Below are positions 52,153 through 62,214 of a stretch of DNA of 64,000 nt, one piece after another (position 1 is the stretch's first letter; every line of letters starts with the position of its first letter). Source of the DNA: Protoeuglena noctilucae. Lineage: Eukaryota. The notes beneath the pieces are model-generated. The model did not search any database. It saw only the letters and a list, made by a program, of their open reading frames with translations, and was not told the DNA's origin. Both the position numbers and the translations under genes were made by a program. The stretch is from contig OY253686.1 in the NCBI GenBank assembly GCA_958009085.1, positions 186,001 through 250,000 of the forward strand, in the 5' to 3' direction.

Positions 52153-54010
52153 ATGCCGCGGCAAAGGCGCAGGGATGACACGCAGGCCCGGCTGGCTTTC
52201 GTGGCAGTGCTGTCTTTCGGCCTCATGGTGAGCACCGCCGCTGCATCTTGCCACGAAGATTGCGGGTCAGACCAAGAAAACGACTTCTTAAACCTCGATG
52301 CGCCCGGCCGGAAGGCACGCGCGGTTCGGGATGGGCCAGGAGGGGCGTTGGAAGGGTCGTCCGTGACATCTCGCGTCTCCGCCCCCCGCTCCCAGTGGTT
52401 GCTCTCCAACAGCGCTCCCTCGCACAAGCTCGCCGCTCTGAGTGGGATCCTGCTCGTCTCCACGGCGACCGCGGGCATCTCGGGCCCTGCGATCGTCGCC
52501 GGGACGTTCCTCCTCGCCTGGCTCGCCCGGGACGGATTGCTCCCTTACGGCGGTTTCCTGAGCAGATTCTGGGACGGGTGCATCATCTCCGCCAACGGAC
52601 TGCTTCAAACAATCCGCGTCCCCGCCAGGTGGGCGTTCTCGCAGGGCCACCTGCTTCCTTCCGCATCCTCATCGCGCGCCGCTGCGCTTTGCCAGGTCTC
52701 CTGACATTGCTATGTCCCTTTCTTTCCGCTCTCAGGATCCCCGCCCTCGCCGCGATGTCCGCGGCTCTGCGAACCAACGCCCAGCCTTCTTTTTCCGTCC
52801 CGGGCCAACCCAGCCACGTCAACCCAGGCACCGCCACCCCGGCCACCGCCCCCGGCCCCGCACCAGGGCCGCTCTTTCAAGTGTTCCTGGCGATCTGGGC
52901 GCCCATCAGATCCGTCTTTTTTGGCGGAGAGGACGTGGTGAGGGGCCACTGTCATCAGTGACTGATTTGGTTGCACACAGCCAAGTTGACAGTACTGTTA
53001 CATTACACAAAGCAGCAATGCTTTGTTTGGCTTCCGTGACCCCTCCACGCCCCCTCCACGCTACCCCCCGTGCATGCCACGCCCTCTACATGCCCCACTC
53101 ACCTCCCCCGCAGCTCTACCGGCCAAGCCCCGAGAGCTTCCTTCGCTTCAACAGGAACGCGGTACCTTACCTGATCCAGTGGGGGATCATCGCCCTGGTC
53201 ATCTATCGGGTCTTCTATCGAGAGCTCGAGTCGACGCTTTACGAAATCAAGCGTCAGTTGCGGCGTGCGCTGGGCATGGGGCGGCCCGCCCACCCCGCGC
53301 CGGGCAGTGCGGGCGAGAGGGCGCGGGAGGTGCGGCGAGAGGCGGAGGAGGCCGGGCGGAGGGAGCAGCAGATGAGGGCGGAGGAGGTGAGGGGCGCACG
53401 GTGGGCGGTTGCACAGGGGACTGCTTTGGTATGACCGAGGACTTCAGGCGGTGCCAGGTCTGCATCGCAAACACCGGTATGTGTATCATGCTCTGTATCC
53501 TACATCACCGTGTCCCTCGTCGCTGCTGCTTTTGCAGGAGGCTGCGCGTGGGCGGCGTCAGGCTGCGAGGGAGGAGATGGGTGGGGCGCCGCAGTCGGGG
53601 TCGAAGGGAAGCAGGGCCAAGGAGGAGGCGAGGAAGGCGTTCCTGGCCAAACTGCAAGAGGAGCACGCCAAGACAGCGGCCGAGGCGGCTCGCGGTGAGT
53701 GACGCGACGCCAGGTGCGTGTATGGAGGCTTAGCGTGGCGGGGCTGTTCATGGCGGCTGGTGCATGGTGCACGCGGCGATGTGAAGCACGGACGCTGGAT
53801 GCCACTCGCTGACAGTGCGCGAGCAGTGACTTGATTGCGACTTCCGATGCGCCGTATGCAGATGCGGCACAGAGGAGCCCAGGGGACCAGGATGGGGGCA
53901 AGGGCGGCAGTGGCAGTGGCAGTGGCGGTCGCAACTCTCTGGACGGTTTCGGGGACGTGGGTGGCTTCCGATCGCAGCGCAAGAAGCCGTCGTGCGGGGG
54001 GTGCGGATGA
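52153..54010 (+). CDS. Selenoprotein S (VIMP)-like membrane protein with Cys at the Sec-equivalent position
   Basis: Signal/TM segments, LIQWGIIALVIY, charged coiled coil, Gly-rich tail RNSLDGFGDVGGFRSQRKKPSCGGCG*. Confidence 0.6.
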
Positions 54011-54258
54011 AGTGCAGCAACACACTGGGTCAGCACTCGTATGGGATGCGAGTGTCATTTTTGTGAGGGCTGGCCACTGCTTGTCCCTTCTGTTTGCATC
54101 CTTTCGTGTTAGCGTAGTATGCGTGGAAGGCGGGGCTTTCCACTTTCTTTCCTCGACCTGCTTTGTACGTGTGGAGGACAGATGCACGAGTCGTGACGGG
54201 GCCATAGGGCACGACTCATGGGGCATCTCGGGGGGCATTGGACTGTTTGGCAATGGGC

Positions 54259-55700
54259 TCATGTAGAAGTAGCCCTTTTTGCGTATTGCCCGATCATCTC
54301 CCACAGTTGCTCCACGTGAGGCTTGTATTGGCGAGCTGTTTCAACTTGCACCTCGCACAATGCACCTGACCCGTGACGCAGACCCGACCTGTGACACTGC
54401 GGGCTCATGCGAAGGGCTCTGCGACGACCCGCTCCTGGATGCGGCGCTGCAGCTCCTCCACTTCCTTCGGAGACATTTCCGACTCGTATCGCCTCAGCCA
54501 CGACTCCTCGTACCCATCCAGGGGCACCATACGCTTGCGCAAGAAGGACCTGCATGCAGCGGCAGCTCGCGGGTCGCCCTAAAGCACACGGAAGACAATT
54601 TGCGTTTCACAATATCGTAACATCATGGACGCGGCTGCACCTGGCGGGACCGGTCGCGCCCCTCCACAGCTGCCGCCACCACGCCCGGTCTTTGGCCCAC
54701 GCCTCCGACGCCGCCCTCAGCACGTCGCTGCGCCGGGCGTTGCGATTCGACGACCCGGCCGTCCGGATGCCGACCTTCCGGGCGAGCACCCGCCCCGCGT
54801 GGCCGAGTACGAGGGCCACGGGCGAGCCCACCCGGTCCAGCCGCGCCTGTTGCCGCGCGATGGCCGTCCATCGGAACGTGCTGACGACTGCGCTCCGCAG
54901 CGTTCGCCAGATCACGTACCACACGAAGCGCAGAATCTCGGGCGTCACCTCGTACTGAGCAACAGGATAGGCAGGGAACAGGGTTGGGTCGCATGCACTG
55001 CCACGCGTGCTGTCCATCCAGGTCGGTTTAACAGAGTAACAAGACTCAGCCATATGCTGCATTACATCATGAACTTCCAATACACAGTCACAGACACTGC
55101 TTGGTCACCTTGAGGAAGAGGAACACGTGACTGATGAGGGTGCCGACGGTGGGCGGGGCTGGCTCAGCGCCCACTGCCGTGACGTCGAGCCAATGGTCCA
55201 CGTACTCCCTCTCCACCTCCCTGCGATGGAGCATGTGTATGCGATCAGCGCCCCATCGATGAACAGTCGAAGCCGGCTCCGCCCAGAGGCCAGCAAGTGC
55301 GCTCACCGCGTCGGCCGGTTCGCAATGTATTTGCGCCACTTGGGAACGCTGGCGTTGCACCGGACCTCCCTGGATGCCGTCATCGGCATGTGAACGGAAA
55401 CATGCCGAGGCGTCCGCAGCGGCGCGGGCCGCCGGGGGCCTGGGAGGCCCGCGGCGCTCGAGACGGCCGTGGCAGGCCGGCAGGTCACGACGCTCGTCAT
55501 TCGAGGCCACGCAGTCCTCCTCGATGCGACTGCAATGTTCCAGGTGAGCGAGCGCCCAGGAAGAGCGGGGAATCGCGGGAGGCACGGACACCGCCAAGCC
55601 GATAGACGCACGGGCTGCGTGGTTGAGGTGTGCCCCTGTGCCAGGCGCCAGAGGGCCTAGCGCGGCGATGTCCTGAAGCACACGCTGCGGCAGAGCGCTT
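54259..55700 (-). CDS. Hypothetical protein, multi-exon; 5' end uncertain
   Basis: In-phase junctions ...HVFLFLK|YEVTPEILRFVWYVIWR... and ...GPAR|VLLAQ. Confidence 0.35.
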
Positions 55701-56104
55701 GAGCAGTGCCAGGCGTTGCCCAGCCGGCGAGGGAGACCCCTTTCGGGAGCACTCAGGAGCTAGGACGCCACTGAAGATGCCGATGGGGCTACAAAGATAC
55801 GTATGATGCCCTCCTTGTGCAAGGCTGGTGGACAGAGCTGGGACGGAACGTTTTGGCGGCGAGTCCGACGTAGGTGTCCTCGGTGTCACCGTATTCGCTG
55901 CTCCAAAGCCCCCCTTTCTGCACGAGCTGCATTCTGCTATCGACGAAACGACGCCGGCATTGCACATCACCTCCTTGCCGCCGAATCGGACCGCCAAACG
56001 GGCCCGTCGTCCCCTTCGCTTGCTGCGCCCTCATAGCGTCACGCGCGCTGCGCTAGGGTTCACAGAACCTCGCAACATATTCACATCTGGTTGCGTGTGC
56101 TAGG

Positions 56105-58018
56105 ATGGCCGCGCGCGGGGCGCTGTGGCAAGCGGCCAAGGGCTGCGTGGGGCACAACACAGCGTGGGGGGCTGGCTCGTCAGCCATTGCCTCTCCCGTG
56201 GATGCCATGGGTTTCTGGTGAGTTTCCACTGCGCGGTCATGTCCAATTGGGCTACGCTCGCCCAGCGGCGCAAGCGCACGGTCTCTTCCGCACCCGTGCA
56301 ACGCAGCGCCTCGCGCGGCGGCTTCGCGGGGGAAACGGCGAGGAGATGTGCCGCGACGGAGGCGACGGGGGTCTCGGACGCGCCTAGCTCGAGCGGCCGC
56401 GTCGCGGGGGAGCCGCCCGGTCGCAAGCCCCGGAAGATGGACCCGCTGCGTGGTGGGGGCCCCTGCCGCGATCGTTGCGCCGACGCGCGCGCCTCCCTTC
56501 GCCGGACGCGAGGCCCAATGTGGAGTCGCTGCTGCGCCGATCCACGCCGCTCCCCGGCCCCTCTCTGTGTCCCCAGGCCTGCGTTTTGAGAACCCCTGCG
56601 CCGTCTTGAAGAAGCAGATTCCCGGGCCTTTCGTGCTTCGAGCGACATTGCGAGGCGAAAATTTCATGGGGCACAAGGGGTCCAAGCGGTTGCGGGAGCG
56701 TGGCTTGCTCCCTGCTGTGGTCACGTAAGTAGAAAATGCGGAGCCTTCGATCATATTTTTTCGGCGATTTTCCTGGGCGCGGCCTGCGCGGTCATTTTGC
56801 GCATGCAGATGGGTTCGATATTTTTTCAAACTGCGCCGGGCGTCGCGGGCACCGGGATTGGCCCTTCCTGCTCGCAGGAACGTGTTTGGGAAGGGCGAGC
56901 ACACGCCCATCGCCGTCGACGCCCCGCACTTCACGCGCCTGCACCGCTACTTCGGCTTGGGTCTCTTCGCGCTACCCATGCGCCTCAGCTTCGCCGGAAT
57001 CGAGGTGAGGGGCGGTGCCAGGGGGCCACTTGCGGCGCTGTCCCACCTCCACCCATGCACCCTCCACCCCCTCACCTCCACCCCTGCACTCTCACCCCTC
57101 ACCTCCACCTCGTCCACTCTCCACCCCCTCCCGTGCGACCCCGCAGATCCCCGGCTTCGAGGGCCGCCCCTTCGCCCCCCAGGTCATCACCCACGACATC
57201 GACACGGTCCCCATCAGCCAGAGGGACGGGAACTTAGTGGCGCCCTCCGCCGTGGGGTTCAAGTTCGCGCCAGCCAACCAGCCAGTCATCGCGTCCGTCC
57301 CGGTCGTGCTGGGTGAGAGAGGGTAGCTGTGCTTATCGAGTGGGTGACTGGCTGGGCGCTCCGATGGGCGTGGGGCAGTGGGTGTGCGAGATTGGCTGTG
57401 GAACAGTGGCTGTGCGTCGTAGCGAAGACAGCGCGAGGCAGTGTGCCCCAACCACGACCCCTGAGCCGAGGCAGCACCCGTTGTTGACCCACCTTCCTCA
57501 CACCGTCGCAGTGGGCCAGGAGGAGAACGAGGGGTTCAAGAAGGGCCGCGCGTGGGAGGTGGAGATCCGCAGCGTGCGCGTCAAGGCCGACCGGCCCGAC
57601 CTCCTCCCGCGGTCCGTCACCATTGACGTCAAGGCGAGTGGATGGGGATAGTTACGAGGTCTTGTGCCTTGTTGTGGCCTTGAACACTGGTTGCTACTTC
57701 CCCTCTCCATCCACCGCCCGACCCGTTACCCCTCCACATCCACCGCCCAACCCTTACCCCTCTCCATCCGTCGCCCCAGCCCCCCTTCTTCCCCTCTCCA
57801 CTCATCACCAATCCCTCCTCCCTTCCCCACAGAATGACGGCGAGCAGGGCATCCACCGCCTGTCGGATGTGGCGGCCCTGCTGCCCCAGGGCGTGAGGCT
57901 GTACCGCCACAACGACCCCCGGCTCACCGTGGCGCGGGTGGTGTGGAGGAAGCAGTTTAACGGGGCGCTCGAGTACAAGGGCAACCCCAAGAAGGGCGGG
58001 GAGGGCGCGGAGGCGTGA
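56105..58018 (+). CDS. rplY: Ribosomal protein bL25/CTC, organellar (probably mitochondrial)
   Basis: GHKGSKRLRERGLLPAVV; VPVVL|VGQEENEGFKKG; LPRSVTIDV; LPQGV. Confidence 0.8.
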
Positions 58019-58625
58019 GGGGGCGTGAAGGGGGGCGAGGGCTGAGAGCACGTTTGCAAAACATGAGCGCGTTCTGCGAAGGTGCTGTGATGGACAGCGT
58101 CTGCTGCGCTGTGGTGTGCCTGTCTGATGAGAGCGAGACAGTCGTACCGTGCCATGCTGCTCTTTGCCTGGTCAATGAGACTCAACTCCTCTGAATATTG
58201 CTGGCTTTCAAGCGACGTAAAAGCTAAAGAACGGATGCAACGGGGAACGAGGCCGCTTGGGATGGTGTTATCGTGCGGTAGGTACAGGATGGATAGGCGA
58301 CAAAGCAACAAGCGTCAAGGGCCAAGGCAAAGTGCAAAGGCAACCAGGGAAATTGCGTGCTGCGGGCGGGTACGGACACTATCACTTAAGAATGCAAGAA
58401 ACCTTCTGCAGCAATTACATCATCTGGGATCTACTTCCCTCAGCAGCCCTGCTGTGCGCTACGACCTGCACGGGACCGCGCAGCCCAACTCGCGCAACCG
58501 AGGGCGCACGGTGTCCCGGAAACAAAGGGACCAGAGGGTCCCTTGCAGGCTCATTTGACAAGGCATCGGTAGCAAATATCACTTCTTCGATCGGTTGCAA
58601 TGGCTTACAGCCAACTCTGACAGCC

Positions 58626-61600
58626 TCACGCGCTCTTGGCCTTGGGTCCCTTCTTGGGTGCGGGCGGCGGGGGCGTGTACTTGACGGCCGGGCGCGGGTG
58701 GTAGGTGGTGTGGAGGAGCTCGTGCGAGCGGTGGCTGTTGGGCTCCTTGAACTCCTCCTGGGGGGAATGAGCGAGCGGGTGGGTGAGTGGGTGAGGGAGG
58801 TGAGATGAGTGTGCGGTCGAGGGTGAGTGAGAGTGCGTGGGTGAGGGAGGGCAGCAAGCTGAGCATACATGCCTCCACCGCACAACTCACTTGCAATCAG
58901 CAGATGTTCCAAAGTTACAGTGACCTGAACACAGAGCACTGCGACACCCCCTGCACCCCCCACGCACTCCTCACCTGGTACGCCAGCAGCACCTCGGCGT
59001 TCTCGTGGCTGCGCCTCTTCACGGCCCTCTCGTCGATCGAGTACAGCCCCTGCATCCGCAGCCACGCCGCCTCCCGCTCCTGGGCCTTGGGCTGCCCACC
59101 GCCGCCGATGCAGCCGCCGGGGCACGACATGACCTCGATGAAGTCGAACTCACGGTCCTCGCCCTGGGATGGAAACAGGGGAAAGACGTTAAGTCATGAA
59201 TTGATGGAATGGGTAGTACCGTAGTCACGGTCCTCGACCCTCACAAACCCTCACTCTCCCCGCACCACCACCCGAACCCATCCCTCACTTTCCTCATCCC
59301 CTCACAACCCGTACCTCACTCCCCACCACCCCACCCCCCTCACCTTCTTGAGCCCATCCACGAGCGCCCGGGCGTTGCCGATGCCGTTGGCCACGGCGAT
59401 GCGGACCTCCTTGTCAATGCCCGCAGACTCATTGACCAAACGAAGCGTGGCCTCCTTGACCCCCTCGAAACCCCGCACGGGCGTCAAGTTGAAGCTCTCC
59501 AGCTCCTTGCCCGTCACCATGTGGTAGGCCGTGCGCACGGCCGCCTCCATCACACCACCCGTGTTGCCGAAGATGACGGCGGCGCCCGTGGTCAGGCCCA
59601 TGGGAGAGTCGTAGGCCTGGGGAGTCAAAGACGCCAGGTGGATGTGCTTCATGTCCAGCATGCGGCCCAGCTCGCGCGTCGTGATGACGAAGTCCACGTC
59701 CTGGGGGACTGCGAGGGGGAGGTGTGGGGAGAGGAGGGGTTGAGGCGGAAGTAGGAAGGGAGGCCGGCGTTGTGGGCCTGGACGGGGATGCACTAGCGGG
59801 GGCGAGCTGGGAGGGTAGGCACATGCACAGATAAGCAGTTGAGCCGGCACTAACACACCCCTACCATGCGTTGCTGCATCACATGTTCCCACTCCCATGC
59901 TCCCTCACCCTTGCCAGTCGCCCCGTCACTCGCCGCCGCATCCGCCGCCGCGTGCGCATGGGGCTCCGCATGGTCATGGTGGTGATCGTGATCGTGAGCA
60001 TGGTCGTGGTCGTGGCTGTGCTCGAACATCTCCGGGTGCGCGTCGTGGGTGATCATCTCAGGTCGGTCCGCCTCGCCCTTCTTGGCCACGCACGGCATCA
60101 CCGACACCATCACCACGTCCTCGGGCTTGAAGCCCATCTTCTTAGCCCAGACGTTCTGTGGAGATGGGAGAAGGGGGATGATGTGGATGAGATGGACTTG
60201 TGAGATGAGATGCATGGGATAGCATGGAGACGATGACGACGGTGCTGCTGCGCCCGGAGGTGCAGTGCACTCACGCACGCTGTCCTCCCTTACACACATT
60301 CCTCGACAGTCCGCGCTGCTCTTGTTACAACACTCAACACCCGCACCGCCCCAACCCCACAACCCCCACCACCGCCCTCAGATCACCTTGATGACCGCCC
60401 CGACCATCTGCTGGGGGCTCTTGCAGGACGACAGGTTGTCGATGAGCTCCGGCTGCTCCTTCTCGACGAAATTGATCCAGGCGGGGCAGCACGAGGTGAA
60501 CATGGGCAGGGCAGGCGCCTCTCCTTTCACGCCCTTGCCGCCCGTCCACGCTGCCACCAGACGCCCCACCAGCTCCGTGGCCTCTTCCATGATGGTCAGA
60601 TCGGCACCGAAATTGGTGTCGAAGACGTAGTGGAAGCCCAGCTTGCGCAGAGCCGCCACCATCTGACCGGTCGAGACGTCGCCGGGGGCCATGCCAGCCG
60701 TCTCTGGGGGTGAGGGTGGAGAGAGTGGTGAGAAATGAGGCGTGGTGAGGGATGAGGGGTGCAGGGAAGGGGGTGCTGGGTGAAGGTGAGAGAGGCACAC
60801 TGATACCTAGCATGGGCCACAACACACGACACACTGCTCCACCATCGCCGCTCAGCCGCCACACCCACAACCCCACCCCACCCACCCCTCTTCCACTCAC
60901 CGCCGATGGCCACGCGCGTGGCGGGCGCCGTCTGCGCCACGACGATCTTGCGCCCGCCCTCGAGAGCGCGCAGCACGTCCCGCCACTCCTGCCGCTCGAA
61001 AAGCGTACCCGTGGGGCACACCGTGGAGCACTGCCCGCACTCGATGCAGTTGGTGTCGGCCAGCGGGACACCCGACGCGATGCCGACCCGTCGGTCCTTG
61101 CCCCGCCCCACCCAGTCCAGCACGTGCATGCCCTGCACCTCGTTGCACATGTACACGCACCGGCCGCACTTGACGCAGTGGTCGAACTCCAGCTGAAGGC
61201 CCTTGCCGCTGTGGTCCATGTACGGGCCCAGCTGCAGGCGGGGAAGAAGGGGGTGGGGTGGCGCGTGAGGGGTGAGGGTGTGTGAGTGGCGGAGGTGGGG
61301 TGAGGGCTATGATGCTGTTGATGCTATCAAGAGGGCAGGGGATGACGCAAGAGCAAGGCGCGTACCTCAATCACAGCCCCTCATCTCGCCCACACCCCTC
61401 TTCATCCATATCTCACATCCCTCATCGACCTCTCCATGTGCCCCTCACCTCATCAAAGCCCTTCTCGTCGAGCACAGCTCAGCCATTTTCTCTTACCCCT
61501 CCATGCACTCCTCACCTCGTCAAAGCCCTTCTCGTCCAGCACGGGCATCGGGGGCAGCTCCCGCGTCATGTTGGGCTCGTACTTGCGCACCAGGTCCTGG

Positions 61601-62180
61601 AACTCGCAGTCCCCATTCACCGGGCAGTGCATGCAGTCCTTGGGGTGGCAAGAGACCAGGTCCTCCAGTCGCGACTTGACCGCATCCAACACCTTTGGGG
61701 AATCGGTCACGACCTCCATACCGGCCTCCATCCGCGTCTTGCAGGCCGGCTTCATCTTGCCGTTCACCTCCACACCGCACAGGCGGCACGAGCCGGGCTC
61801 GTTGCCCTCGAGGCGCGGGTGGTGGCAGAGGTGCGGGATGTAGAAGCCGGCCTCCAGCGCGGCGCTCAACACCGAGTCGCCCTCCGCCACGGAGACCGTC
61901 TTGCCGTTGATCGTCACCTCGAAGTGACGCTCCGCTTCGTGCTTCTTGCGATCGTCGGGGGTGAACCTGCGAACATCCAGCGAGAGCGCACAGATCGAAT
62001 TGCCACATCGCATCAACGCAGGCGCGCGGCGCAGCGGAGGTGCCCGAGTGTGGACAGGGACTCACCAGACCCTAGGACGCGGCGCGTTCTCGAACCGCGC
62101 CACCAGACGGCTGCCGCGAAGGTGCTTCTGGGACACAGCACGCCCCGAGACCCCACCGGGCGCGAGGCCGGCCGCGGGGC
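58626..62180 (-). CDS. hydA: [FeFe]-hydrogenase with N-terminal F-domain (2Fe-2S, His-ligated 4Fe-4S, two 4Fe-4S) and H-domain; start codon unresolved
   Basis: [56 protein letters not shown]-cluster motifs [40 protein letters not shown]. Confidence 0.97.
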
Positions 62181-62214
62181 GCCCGACGGCCGGCCTCGTG
62201 CCTGTTGGGGTCTC
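62147..62214. repeat. 68-bp imperfect palindrome at the hydA/hydG junction
   Basis: Left arm gagaccccaccgggcgcgaggccggccgcggggc versus reverse complement of right arm gagaccccaacaggcacgaggccggccgtcgggc: 29/34 identical, no spacer, centre GGGCGCCC. Confidence 0.95.

Noticed and set aside
54188..54217. gagtcgtg...cacgactc hairpin downstream of the SelS-like gene as a SECIS
   Set aside because: I cannot see the tandem GA/GA core and apical AA, and the Sec-equivalent codon is TGC.
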